This document shows positions 17,889 through 26,950 of a stretch of 64,000 nucleotides of DNA, piece by piece. Made by a program: the position numbers and the translations under genes. The notes beneath the pieces were generated by a model, which worked only from the letters and a program-made list of their open reading frames with translations, was not told the DNA's origin and made no database searches. Position 1 is the first letter of the stretch; every line of letters starts with the position of its first letter. This DNA comes from Patescibacteria group bacterium (GTDB taxonomy: Bacteria > Patescibacteriota > Doudnabacteria > UBA920): the NCBI GenBank assembly GCA_013387205.1, contig WARV01000005.1, positions 27,924-91,923 of the forward strand. The letters run 5' to 3'.

Positions 17889-18551
17889 TTAATATTTCGG
17901 AATATATTTATACACTTTAGAAAATAGGCAATCTTCCCTTTTAAAAGTCTTAATACCAGAAAGATCTTTGCTTATGGGAAATTCTATGAATATACCTTTT
18001 TTGTATTTGTATTCCGGTGACAAAACCAAAGTCGCCAGCTTTATTAAATCGTAAATACGAGATATGGCATTTGTATTGTTAGATTTTTTTGCCTCTATAA
18101 CAATATGATTTTTCTTTTTGCCTCTTTTATGAATAATAATGTCTGGATAAATTCTCTCTTTTAATACCTGATTATTTATTTTTATTAAAAACAAAAGCAC
18201 ATCCCGGTCTTCTAAGTATTCAAATTTTGGCTGGCACAATTGCTGTTTTAGGCTATTAATATCCTCAGGACTGACATTATTATGAAACATGTCACGTATT
18301 TTTGGCGCAAGCTCTCCCAGATGGTCTGCCATTTTGGAAAGAAGTAGTCTTGGCTCTATGGTGATTTCTTTTGGTCGTCTAAGATTTTTATTATATTCAC
18401 AGTCTACGTCCCAAGTACGAAATAATTTTTGATAATGCTCAGCTAGTTTATGGGTAATAGACCTTTCACTCAGGTTATTTTTTAGCAAATATCTATCGTC
18501 ATTCAGAAGAAAACTCAGACCGGTTTCAATTTTTAGGAAATCTGTTGACAT
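17889..18551 (-). CDS. Hypothetical protein with a PD-(D/E)xK-like nuclease motif
   Basis: 220 aa. YPDIIIHKRGKKKNHIVIEAKK gives PD ... (17 aa) ... E-A-K, the core restriction-endonuclease-fold signature. Part of the same AT-rich islet. Confidence 0.45.
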   Translation of the reverse strand: MSTDFLKIETGLSFLLNDDRYLLKNNLSERSITHKLAEHYQKLFRTWDVDCEYNKNLRRPKEITIEPRLLLSKMADHLGELAPKIRDMFHNNVSPEDINSLKQQLCQPKFEYLEDRDVLLFLIKINNQVLKERIYPDIIIHKRGKKKNHIVIEAKKSNNTNAISRIYDLIKLATLVLSPEYKYKKGIFIEFPISKDLSGIKTFKREDCLFSKVYKYIPKY

Positions 18552-18820
18552 TTAATTTATGACTTTTATCTGACATTTTACCATTATTAATTTCTAATGC
18601 CTCATAAACCCTTGCAGGCCCTTTAACCCTTGGAATGATAATTTTTACTAAAAACAAAATTTCTAAGCCATTGGTATGTAAAGAATAAAGATATTTGTCA
18701 TTCTACTTTTTCTAATCCTTGATTAAAATTCCTCCGCGGTGGCGGGTGACTTTTATTTTCTGTTTTTCTTTCCACTTTAGTTCCTGGATCAGGGAGGCGG
18801 GGAGAGTGAGTCCCAGGGGT

Positions 18821-19075
18821 TTATTTATACACACCTTGCCTATGACCTATGCGGATAATTAAGACGACAAGTTCATTTTTCTTTATTAAATAAATAATCC
18901 TGTAAGGCCACACTTCATAAGACCATTGGCCTTTGTGCTCTCCGTCTAAACCTTTGCCGATATAAGGGTTGCCGGCCAACGCGACTAGCGCGGCTTTTAC
19001 GCGGTTAATATAACGGCTATCGATTTTTTTTAGGTCTTTTTGAACCTTTTTTGGCAATATTACTTGATATTGCAT
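18821..19075 (-). CDS. RelE/ParE-family type II toxin
   Basis: Start set at MQYQVILPKKVQKDLKKID. The C-terminus SYEVWPYRIIYLIKKNELVVLIIRIGHRQGVYK is classic RelE/StbE. Confidence 0.8.
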   Translation of the reverse strand: MQYQVILPKKVQKDLKKIDSRYINRVKAALVALAGNPYIGKGLDGEHKGQWSYEVWPYRIIYLIKKNELVVLIIRIGHRQGVYK

Positions 19076-19379
19076 ATTTTTTCTTTGGCTTTTCTGCCAG
19101 GACAAAACCGTCTTTTGCTAAAAGCTCTTCTAAAGTTATATAGTCTCCTTTTTGGTATTCCTTTTCCGCTTCGGCTACATCTTTGCCTAAATCCGGGAAA
19201 ATCTTCATAACTTCCAAAGTTTCGGCCCATGATTCAAATTCGCTTGAAGACATTAATACCGCTTTGGGCTTGCCGTTTTCCGTAAAGGTAAAATACCTTC
19301 CGGGCTTTTGCACTTCTTCGGCAATATCGAAAATTTTGCTTCTGGCTTCTGAAATTGATAATGTTGTGTTATTGCGCAT
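19017..19379 (-). CDS. Phd/YefM-family antitoxin with a lysine-rich C-terminal extension
   Basis: The N-terminus ISEARSKIFDIAEEV ... GKPKAVLMSSSEFESWAETLEV is a typical Phd/YefM fold. The last ~25 aa (KPKKKYAISSNIAKKGSKRPKKNR) overlap the toxin start by 59 nt in another frame. Confidence 0.75.
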   Translation of the reverse strand: MRNNTTLSISEARSKIFDIAEEVQKPGRYFTFTENGKPKAVLMSSSEFESWAETLEVMKIFPDLGKDVAEAEKEYQKGDYITLEELLAKDGFVLAEKPKKKYAISSNIAKKGSKRPKKNR

Positions 19380-19512
19380 TGTATTGCTCCTTTGTAAGCA
19401 TTGGATTGCTTAGTGCTACCGACCAAGCATGTATGTACATTATTATGTACATTTACCGACAAGTCAAGCAGGTAACTCTTACAAGCAAGATAATGGCTTT
19501 AGCCGGAACGGT

Positions 19513-20175
19513 TTACAGGAAATTATGCTCTTTAAAGCTGTAATATCCGTTTTTAGTGGCGATGACGTGGTCGAGGAGGTTGATCCCTAGCAGTTTTCCG
19601 GCGTCGCATAGTCTTTTGGTAATGTTTATATCTTCGTCAGACGGTTCAAGGCTACCTGACGGGTGGTTGTGGGCGACAATTACGCTGGCTACCAAGTTTT
19701 TTACTGCAGGCTCAAAAACTTCCCGGGGATGGATTAAGCTTGCATTTAAAGTGCCCACGGAAATTATTTCCCTTTGGATTTCCTGGTTTTGGGTATTTAA
19801 AAAGAACACGGCAAAATGTTCCTTTTTGTTGTCCCTAATGTCCTTAAGTTGTTCCCAAACTTCGCGCGGTGATATTATGAGTGCGGCTTGTTTATCCTTT
19901 AGCAGCCTTCGTCCCAGCTCAAAGCAGGCAACAATTTCGCAGGCTTTGGACAGGCCTAATCCTTTGGCTGATATTAATTCTTCCACTCCGGCATTAGCCA
20001 GCCTGCAGCCGGGAAATTTATGTAAAATCTTGTTCGACAGTTCAATTACATTTATCCCTTTGCCGCCTGTTCGCAGCAAAATCGCCAGCAATTCGGAGTT
20101 AGATAATTTTCCAGCCCCATATTTTGTCAGTTTTTCTCTGGGCCGCTCAATTTTCGGCAGCTCTTTAATTTTCAT
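19513..20175 (-). CDS. radC: RadC-family JAB/MPN domain protein (UPF0758)
   Basis: 220 aa with N-terminal HhH-like region (SNSELLAILLRTG) and JAMM motif HNHPSGSLEPSDED. Confidence 0.9.
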   Translation of the reverse strand: MKIKELPKIERPREKLTKYGAGKLSNSELLAILLRTGGKGINVIELSNKILHKFPGCRLANAGVEELISAKGLGLSKACEIVACFELGRRLLKDKQAALIISPREVWEQLKDIRDNKKEHFAVFFLNTQNQEIQREIISVGTLNASLIHPREVFEPAVKNLVASVIVAHNHPSGSLEPSDEDINITKRLCDAGKLLGINLLDHVIATKNGYYSFKEHNFL

Positions 20176-20191
20176 TTTTGTATCTAATTAA

Positions 20192-20656
20192 TTATTTCTT
20201 AAAGCGGGGGAGGAGCATACTGGTTTGTTTGCGGTAAGCGCGGTAATCATCCATGAATTTTTCTTCCAAGGCGCGCTCTTCCAGGTTTGCCCAAAACAGC
20301 ATCACAACTGTCAGCCATATGACAGATGCGAGGATGGGGACAATGGGTGCAATTAAAAATATCGCCCAGGCTAAAATAATGTCCGCGGTGTAAATAGGGT
20401 GGCGGATATAAGCATAAATGCCCTCGGTAACAAGCTTGTCTATTGCTGCGGCGCTGCGGGCTGCTTTCCTATGCACGCTGCCGGCCAGAGACAGCAAATA
20501 TATCCAGTTGGCTAAAGCCATACCAAAGGCAATATAGGAAACCGACCCGACACTGAACATCTTTTCTTTTGGGAATATCAAAAAGCTTAAGGCCGCTCCT
20601 GCGAATATTATTACCCACATTAAAATTGGACTGACTAATTTTTGGTTTAGTTTCAT
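20192..20656 (-). CDS. Isoprenylcysteine carboxyl methyltransferase (ICMT)/phospholipid methyltransferase-family membrane protein
   Basis: 154 aa with four TM helices. The C-terminal RHPIYTADIILAWAIFL ... EERALEEKFMDDYRAYRKQT matches the ICMT/PEMT signature. Confidence 0.7.
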   Translation of the reverse strand: MKLNQKLVSPILMWVIIFAGAALSFLIFPKEKMFSVGSVSYIAFGMALANWIYLLSLAGSVHRKAARSAAAIDKLVTEGIYAYIRHPIYTADIILAWAIFLIAPIVPILASVIWLTVVMLFWANLEERALEEKFMDDYRAYRKQTSMLLPRFKK

Positions 20657-20714
20657 AAATTTATTTTAGTTATATAAGGTTATTTTATACCCGCCACAAA
20701 TCTTTTTCCAGCCT

Positions 20715-20812
20715 AGCCTGCTATTCTCTTATTCGCGCGAATAAGAGAACAGTTTGGGTTAATGATTTTTATATTGATATATTGATAGTTGATTATGTCT
20801 TGTTCGCTTATT
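20715..20812. promoter_or_regulatory. Pair of near-perfect palindromes between the helicase and ICMT genes (terminator and/or operator)
   Basis: ctcttattcgcgcgaataagag and ttgttcgcttattcgtacgaataagcgaacaa share the core cttattcg..cgaataag. They are flanked by cccgcc ... ggggcggg. Confidence 0.45.
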
Positions 20813-20840
20813 CGTACGAATAAGCGAACAAGGGGCGGGA

Positions 20841-22787
20841 TCATGCGGAGCTTGGGGAGTTTTTTTGGGTTTTAAAGCCGGACAGGAAGTTTACTACGCG
20901 CTGGTCGAGCAATACGTCTTTTGGCTGGACAGGCTGGCGCAGAATCAAGCCTTCTAAAGTGCGGCAGCGGGACAAGGCCACGTAAAGCTGTCCGTGTGCA
21001 AAGGTACCGGTGGCTAAATCCACGCAAACTTTATCAAAGGTTTTTCCTTGCGCTTTGTGGATGGTTAAAGCCCAAGCCAGTTTTAATGGGTATTGGGTGT
21101 AGGTACCCACGGTTTTGGCGTCGATTTTTTGGGTGTCCTTGTCCAAAACAAACTGGAACATTTCCCAGGTGTGCGGATAAACGTGCACTGTTTCGCCGGT
21201 TTCCAATTCTACAATAATCGTGTCTTTCTTTTTTTGCATCGTTTCTTCCACATGTTGCAATAAGCCTTCTCCTTCATTAAATTCATTATTGTTATCATCA
21301 TCTTCATTATCCGTTTTGGCAAAGCCGATTATTTTTCCCATGGTTCCGTTTACCCAGCGCTTCCTTTGGTCATTGTTGAGCATCATGACCTGTGCGCCGG
21401 TTTTAACCCGCAGCAGCAAATCGTTCGGCAAAGTTTTGTCTTCGAATTTGCCGTAAGCGCTGCCTTTGAACGAAAACTCTTCGGCCTTTATGCGGTCCAG
21501 GAAAAAATTATTGACCTGGTTGGCCCGCGCGTTGGTGGTGGTTAAATACACGGCAAACCTTTCGAACGTGAATTTTACCCCGGCCGTCTGGCTGCGCTGG
21601 TTTAAGATAGTCAGATGTTCGGAACTTGCCGTATTATTGCGGATGGCGTTTAAAATTTCCAGGAATACCTGGTCCTTTTGCCGGTAAACCTGCTTGAGTT
21701 CGGCAAAAGCAAAGTTTGCTTTTTTAAAACTGCGGGCATCAAAAAAGTAAGGGCTGTTGTATTCGGATATCAACCCCTGGCCGCCCGAAAAATCTTTTTC
21801 TACGGGCGGCAATTGGTAAAGGTCGCCAATAAATATCATCTGTATGCCGCCAAACGGCATTAAGTAAGTCGGCCCGTTCTGGCGCAGGAATTTATCCAAA
21901 CAATCCAAAAGGTCAGCCCTGACCATGGATATTTCATCGATGATAATTGTGTTGAGTTTTTGCAGTAACTGCTTCTTACCGCCCCATGGCGCCAGCTTTT
22001 TGACTTTGGACAAGGTTATGTCCGGGCCAAAGCCGCAAAATGAATGGATGGTTTGCCCGCCCACGTTTACTGCAGCTACGCCGGTCGGCGCCAGCACGAC
22101 CACGTTCTTTTTTGTGGTGTATTTGAAATACTGGAGCAGGGTAGATTTGCCCGTACCGGCCTCGCCGGTCAAAAAAATGTTTTGATTGGTCTCTTCAAAC
22201 AAACGCAAAGCGTTTGCCAGTTCTTGGTTTTGCGAAAAATCCATTTCCGGTATTTCCGGCTCGGGTCTTATCCTTTCAGCTTCGTCCTGCCACAGCAAAT
22301 CATTCCTTGTGAAAATTTTAAGGCCATCAACCAATTGGGAAAGCCTGGCTCTTACTGCTTTGCGGCTAATCCCTAATTTTCCACCGACCCTGTTTGCGAA
22401 TGCTTGGAAGGTTTCAGATTTTGAGCCTGCGTATTTTTTATATTCTTCGAGCAATACAGAATCATGCTCAGGCTTAACTCCGGCCAAAGATTCTTCCAGC
22501 TTCTGTAGGTTCCTTTGCTTTTCTTTTTCGTAATCCCAGCCGGGGATATCCTGGTAAAATTGCGCCAGGCGTCCTCTAATCCCGTTGATGTTCCGTCCGA
22601 ACTCAGGCGCTACATCAGTTAAAAATTTTTCAAAATCGCCGGAATTTTCTTCAAGAAAGTTTTGGTATATTTTTTTCAGTCTCTCGTCTTCCTCTTTTTC
22701 CCATTTCATAAAAGCCTTAGGATATGTCTTCCTAATTTCTTGCAGCCAATTGGGGTTTTTGGTTGTTTTGGCGGTTCGGTCTTCCAT
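20841..22787 (-). CDS. PIF1/RecD-like SF1 DNA helicase (AAA_30 + UvrD_C_2 type)
   Basis: 648 aa. Walker A is GEAGTGKST and Walker B IIIDEISMV. Further motifs: GDLYQLPPV, TIHKAQGKTFDKV and LYVALSRCRTLEGL. The N-terminal ~190 aa are unassigned. Confidence 0.8.
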   Translation of the reverse strand: MEDRTAKTTKNPNWLQEIRKTYPKAFMKWEKEEDERLKKIYQNFLEENSGDFEKFLTDVAPEFGRNINGIRGRLAQFYQDIPGWDYEKEKQRNLQKLEESLAGVKPEHDSVLLEEYKKYAGSKSETFQAFANRVGGKLGISRKAVRARLSQLVDGLKIFTRNDLLWQDEAERIRPEPEIPEMDFSQNQELANALRLFEETNQNIFLTGEAGTGKSTLLQYFKYTTKKNVVVLAPTGVAAVNVGGQTIHSFCGFGPDITLSKVKKLAPWGGKKQLLQKLNTIIIDEISMVRADLLDCLDKFLRQNGPTYLMPFGGIQMIFIGDLYQLPPVEKDFSGGQGLISEYNSPYFFDARSFKKANFAFAELKQVYRQKDQVFLEILNAIRNNTASSEHLTILNQRSQTAGVKFTFERFAVYLTTTNARANQVNNFFLDRIKAEEFSFKGSAYGKFEDKTLPNDLLLRVKTGAQVMMLNNDQRKRWVNGTMGKIIGFAKTDNEDDDNNNEFNEGEGLLQHVEETMQKKKDTIIVELETGETVHVYPHTWEMFQFVLDKDTQKIDAKTVGTYTQYPLKLAWALTIHKAQGKTFDKVCVDLATGTFAHGQLYVALSRCRTLEGLILRQPVQPKDVLLDQRVVNFLSGFKTQKNSPSSA

Positions 22788-22941
22788 AAAATTATATTAC
22801 CAGCCGAAATTGCCGTTGTCTATTTTGACTACTAGTAAGCGCACTTATATTTTCGTTTTTGCAGCAAAGTTTCGGGTTTACAAACGTCTATTATTATAAT
22901 TTTTACAATGAAAATTTTGGCTTATTTGAAAGCAGATAGGC

Positions 22942-22970
22942 TTGACAAAAGCGAGGAATTAGCGTAAAAT
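22942..22970 (+). promoter_or_regulatory. Canonical sigma70-type promoter
   Basis: TTGACA (22942-22947), a 17-nt spacer, then TAAAAT (22965-22970). It drives an ~85-nt leader and a 53-aa ORF with a strong SD. Confidence 0.6.
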
Positions 22971-23053
22971 GTTCGGGATGCCTTTTTAGGGTTCCGATGT
23001 GTTTATGCTCGGAATTCGGAGGATGGGAAAAAACCTAAAGGAGGAAAGTTTAG

Positions 23054-23215
23054 ATGGAAGCTAAAGAAAACGCAGTTCCAAACAATTGGTCCAAGTTGGG
23101 CAAGGAAGATAACGACTGGCTAAACCGCCAGACGTTAAACCGCATCAGATCGCTTGAAGCCCAGAAGCAAGTTCCGCCCAACACCGGAAGCCATTGTCCG
23201 GAACCGTATTTCTAA
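23054..23215 (+). CDS. Small hypothetical protein (53 aa), below the ORF-track cutoff
   Basis: MEAKENAVPNNWSKLGKEDNDWLNRQTLNRIRSLEAQKQVPPNTGSHCPEPYF. Preceded by aaaggaggaaagtttagATG and followed by a hairpin with a T-run. Confidence 0.4.
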   Translation: MEAKENAVPNNWSKLGKEDNDWLNRQTLNRIRSLEAQKQVPPNTGSHCPEPYF

Positions 23216-23225
23216 GCCTTAGCCC

Positions 23226-23270
23226 GCTCCGCGCATGTAAAAAACACCTACATGTCGAGCGGGTGTTTTT
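23226..23270. terminator. Terminator-like hairpin with T-run (probably bidirectional)
   Basis: cccgctccgcgcatgtaaaaaacacctacatgtcgagcgggtgtttttt is an imperfect stem followed by a T-run. Confidence 0.5.
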
Positions 23271-23575
23271 TAATTAATTTCTACCGGATAACCTTTGGAT
23301 AAAGCCGAAATTAAGTATTGCTTATATTGCATGGCTTCGTAATCGCTTAAATCCATTTTTTCTTCATTGGCGATTTCTGCCAAAGCCATGGTTGCGTATT
23401 CCTCAAGTTTTTCCTGAGCCAAGAAAAAACTGTTGGATTTTATCGGGCGGCCGCCATTCTGCAGATATAAAACTTTTAAAATATTTTCCGCATCAGATTC
23501 CGCTCTGGCTTGTATTATCTTGGCGCGATATTCCTGGTTTTCAATATTCGGTTGAGGTGTATACCTTTCGCCCAT
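23270..23575 (-). CDS. Hypothetical protein
   Basis: 101-aa ORF with no motif. Confidence 0.45.
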   Translation of the reverse strand: MGERYTPQPNIENQEYRAKIIQARAESDAENILKVLYLQNGGRPIKSNSFFLAQEKLEEYATMALAEIANEEKMDLSDYEAMQYKQYLISALSKGYPVEIN

Positions 23576-23579
23576 AAAA

Positions 23580-23918
23580 TTATTTTTTATTCTGGATTTG
23601 GTCCGGGTTTAAACTTTTCAAATCGAACTGCTTGAAATCCATTTGCTTAATGTTTTTTAAGGCATCCTGCAAATCTTTGTTTTGGGTCTGGGTTGCGCCC
23701 TGGATGCCTTGCAACTGGCTGTACATAGTGCCTATTTGGTTCAAGAAGGGCTGGAAATAAAAATATGCCCAGACCAGCGGCCCGACAATTATCACGAACT
23801 TTACAAATCCCCACACCCGCCCCCAGCGGGCGGCATTCCGCATGCTTAATAAAATTTTATTGTTTTCTTCAGAGAGAGTAACTGCCCTCTGTAGAACTTG
23901 CATTTCTTCTGGAGTCAT
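23580..23918 (-). CDS. Hypothetical protein with one TM helix
   Basis: 112 aa. Hydrophobic segment WGFVKFVIIVGPLVWAYFYF. Confidence 0.45.
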   Translation of the reverse strand: MTPEEMQVLQRAVTLSEENNKILLSMRNAARWGRVWGFVKFVIIVGPLVWAYFYFQPFLNQIGTMYSQLQGIQGATQTQNKDLQDALKNIKQMDFKQFDLKSLNPDQIQNKK

Positions 23919-23984
23919 TGTTTTAGGTTTTAGTTGTTAGTTTGTAGATATATAACTCAGCTATATTTTAGCATTTTTATAATG

Positions 23985-24188
23985 CGGCGTCATCCTGAGC
24001 CGTGAGCGAAGTTCTGCTCTTGATGCAAGAGCAGAACGAAGTCGAAGGGCGAAGGATCCCTTAATGAAAAATAAGAGATTCTTCGGTCGGATGCACTCCC
24101 TCGGAATGACGTCGTTTAAAGATTGCTTTGTCGTCGGATGCCCCAAAGGGGCCTCTTTGAGGCACTCCTCCTCGCAATGACAACAAAT
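23985..24188. repeat. GTCATTGCGAG-family palindromic unit cluster (variant termini gtcatcctgagc / cctcgcaatgac)
   Basis: Nested inverted repeats: gcagaacgaagtcgaagggcgaagg, ggatgcactccctcggaatgacgtcg, gtcgtcggatgcccc ... cctcctcgcaatgacaac. The overlapping track ORF 23961-24146 is probably spurious. Confidence 0.5.
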
Positions 24189-24193
24189 TAAAA

Positions 24194-25600
24194 TTAATCA
24201 CTTTTGCAGCGGTATATGCCAATAAAGTTATCCTGCTCGCCTGAAGTGCTGGGAAGTTTCGCTGCTGCCTGGCAGTATCTCTGCAAAAGCCCCGGGCTAA
24301 AATATCCGTCCATGCCGAAATCTTTAATGCCGAATTGCGGCAAATCTGTTACGCGGCCCAAAAGATATACGCCGTGCCTGACAGCGGAAGCGCTGGCCTC
24401 GCCGAGATCCTGCCCGCCGGAAGCAAAGGCTTGCGTGTTAGTGTCTATATAATTATTAAACAAGTTCCTGCCAGACATTAGCGCAATAAGAGGCGCCACC
24501 TCGTGCGAGCCGTAAAGTTCCATTTTATCAGGTAATTTTTTTACTGCTTCTGCCACTTCGGGCGCGTTCGTGAACCGGCCAATGGTATAAAATTCGTTTT
24601 TATAAACCCAAAAAGAAACAGAAGCAAACAGCAAATAAACAGCGAGGACGCCGAGTGCAATCTGTTTGCCGAAATATTTATAATCCCAAACTGCTGACAA
24701 AAATATAACCGCACCCAAAACCAAATACGCAAAAAAACTTTCCAAATAGAGATAGTACAAATCGGGAAATATCAGGAAAAAAGCAGCCGTGAAAATCAGC
24801 GGCAAAATCAAGATCTTCTTTTTTAAAATCATAACTCCTAAAATTCCAAATAAAACCAAGAGCCATTCTTTTTTCAAAAAGAATTGCCAGATGTACCATT
24901 TGTCGAGTCCTGGCGGCCTGTGCAGTTGGTGGCTGAACATGTAGCCGTAAACTTTGCCGAATGACAAAACCAGGAACGGGCCTAAAATCACGATACCGGC
25001 AATAAGCGCTCCGGCTAAAATCCTAAAAAACTTTTTAACCGGAGTTTTTGTAATTAGCAGATACAGCAAAAATCCCGCAAAGGCCGGCAGGGCGTACATT
25101 TTAGTTAAAATTGCCAAGGAAAAGCCAAGCCCGGAAAGTAGGGGGAAGTCGTATTCCCAAAATAGCAGGCCCAAGGTCATTAGCAAAACAGTCAGCTGGA
25201 TACCGGTTAAATAATCACTGGTGGCCAGAACAGTGAAAGAAAACAAATAAAAAACCGGACCAAAAAAAGCCAGGGGCTGCCGCCATTTTTTTAGAATAAA
25301 ATAAATCGCAATCGCTGTAAGGCTCTCCAAGAATATCGGCAGGACCTGGAATAATATCAATTTTTGTCCAAAAATAAGTTTGAAAGGAGCAAGAAATAAT
25401 ACTAAAAATGGGGGATCGGCCAAAAAGAAATCGCGGTAGGGAAGCTGGCCCTGCAGTAGCCCTTCGGCCATGTAAAGGTATGCGTTGCCATCGCCAAAAC
25501 GGAAAGTTAAAAATTCAAGCTTGTATATTAAAAAACCGGCCAGGATTAAGGCTAAAAAAATGGCTTCCAAGTATTTTTTTTGTTTCCAAAAAGCCTGCAT
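24194..25600 (-). CDS. GT-C fold membrane glycosyltransferase-like protein (ArnT/PMT-like)
   Basis: 468 aa with 12 or more TM helices and a C-terminal periplasmic domain of ~130 aa. The first extracytoplasmic loop DGNAYLYMAEGLLQGQLPYRDFFLADPP resembles GT-C glycosyltransferases. Confidence 0.6.
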   Translation of the reverse strand: MQAFWKQKKYLEAIFLALILAGFLIYKLEFLTFRFGDGNAYLYMAEGLLQGQLPYRDFFLADPPFLVLFLAPFKLIFGQKLILFQVLPIFLESLTAIAIYFILKKWRQPLAFFGPVFYLFSFTVLATSDYLTGIQLTVLLMTLGLLFWEYDFPLLSGLGFSLAILTKMYALPAFAGFLLYLLITKTPVKKFFRILAGALIAGIVILGPFLVLSFGKVYGYMFSHQLHRPPGLDKWYIWQFFLKKEWLLVLFGILGVMILKKKILILPLIFTAAFFLIFPDLYYLYLESFFAYLVLGAVIFLSAVWDYKYFGKQIALGVLAVYLLFASVSFWVYKNEFYTIGRFTNAPEVAEAVKKLPDKMELYGSHEVAPLIALMSGRNLFNNYIDTNTQAFASGGQDLGEASASAVRHGVYLLGRVTDLPQFGIKDFGMDGYFSPGLLQRYCQAAAKLPSTSGEQDNFIGIYRCKSD

Positions 25601-25639
25601 GTGCGTCTACGATTATTTTACCACATTGCAGGTTCGTTA

Positions 25640-25885
25640 TTAAGTGATGTTTCTTATTTTGGCCTTAACCTTGTTCTTTATTTCCCCAGCGCTCATGTTG
25701 TCTTTAACTTCTATATTAAATTGCCGCGCCAGGTCAGCAAGTTTTTCCCTGGCTTCTTCCGTATTCTCCCTGGCTAGGCCTTCGGTTTGGCGCAAAATGT
25801 CCTTAAACCTTTCATCGCTGGCTTTTGCCATGCCTTCAGCCTTGGTTTCCAGATTTTCCCATGAAGGGTTTTTAATTTCAGGCAT
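25640..25885 (-). CDS. Hypothetical small charged protein
   Basis: Start is probably MPEIKNPSWENLE. Lys/Glu-rich and helical. Confidence 0.4.
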   Translation of the reverse strand: MPEIKNPSWENLETKAEGMAKASDERFKDILRQTEGLARENTEEAREKLADLARQFNIEVKDNMSAGEIKNKVKAKIRNIT

Positions 25886-26019
25886 AAAGTTTCCTTTCAA
25901 GATAATTATTTGTCATTCCGGGCTTGACCTGGAATCTACGTTTTGATTTCACCAAAGTTTTGGATTTTCATCTTAAGGCGACGCGGGAATGGCAGATTGT
26001 GATGATTTTTCAAATAATC

Positions 26020-26619
26020 TTAGAAAAAGAAATCATCGTCCCGGGTTTCTGCCTGGCTTTTTTGCCTTACCGCTTCCTTGGCAGCGGATTCTGTTTTGGA
26101 ATTTTCTTCCCCAATTTGGCTTTCCATCCAGTCATAAAATTCCAGCGTGTCGTGGTAAAGCCTTTCCCTGTCTTCGTTCTGCCCGGCCCTGACCCTAGAC
26201 GCTTCCAAAGCCGCGGCAGACTTGAACGCCACCTGCATCAAAATTGACGACTGCCTTTTGGCTTCGCGCTTTTCCCAATACTCGAGCCCCGGCCGGCCGC
26301 CGCCCGCGCTTGTCCTGGCGCGCCACTGCGCGGCCGGGGTTACGGATGCTTTTTCTTCGGGCTGTCCGGTCGCCGGCTTAAAGAGCATGATGTTTTTTAT
26401 CACGCCGTCTTTGTATGGCACTTCCTTAAAAGTCACCATCACATTGTCGCCGATTTTATATTGCTGGTAGCTTTTATAAGCTTCGGTGTCTCCGCCATCT
26501 TTCTTTGATTTAAAGAAAGAATAAATCCTGCGGTTTTGGTCGCGGATTTTAATTTGTTGGCCGGTATCTTCGACGCTGGAAATGGTGATGTTTTCACTGT
26601 GTATTTCTTCGTTAGGCAT
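26020..26619 (-). CDS. Hypothetical protein
   Basis: 199 aa. The N-terminal half is beta-like and the C-terminal half charged. No motif. Confidence 0.45.
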   Translation of the reverse strand: MPNEEIHSENITISSVEDTGQQIKIRDQNRRIYSFFKSKKDGGDTEAYKSYQQYKIGDNVMVTFKEVPYKDGVIKNIMLFKPATGQPEEKASVTPAAQWRARTSAGGGRPGLEYWEKREAKRQSSILMQVAFKSAAALEASRVRAGQNEDRERLYHDTLEFYDWMESQIGEENSKTESAAKEAVRQKSQAETRDDDFFF

Positions 26620-26634
26620 AAAAACCCCCTTATA

Positions 26635-26839
26635 AGAGCTGGTTCCAGAACCTCATTTTGCCTGCAATTGCAAATTTTTGGGGTTAAGCTGGCAACTGGC
26701 AGAGCCAGATTGCCATTAAAGCTCATCTTGCCAGAAAAAAATTTTCGGCTTAGCCCTAGCTAAACCTCAAAATTTTTTTCTGCCAATCTGCCCAAAAATT
26801 TGCAATTTCGTCTTAAAAGCAGGTTTTGGAACCAGCTCT
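26635..26839. repeat. MITE-like repeat, long subfamily (copy D)
   Basis: Terminal inverted repeats agagctggttccagaacc...ggttttggaaccagctct. It shares with copy B the ~45-bp internal segment missing from copies A and C. Confidence 0.7.
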
Positions 26840-26950
26840 ATAAAACAATTTTCATCGTAATATTTGACGGATGTTACTTAAGCCTTAAAACTACCCTGCT
26901 TAATTTTGGGAAAATTAATTGTATAAAAAAGAGGTTTGTTTATGCGGAAA

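Noticed and set aside
20841-22787. Calling the PIF1/RecD-like helicase a defence gene
   Set aside because: Standalone AAA_30/UvrD_C_2 helicases are common housekeeping-like genes in small genomes. There is no partner gene, only flanking palindromes, so it is not flagged as a defence system.
23961-24146. Track ORF 23961-24146 (-), 61 aa
   Set aside because: It is entirely inside a palindromic-unit cluster. The Arg/Ser/Leu-rich translation is typical of GC-rich repeat DNA.
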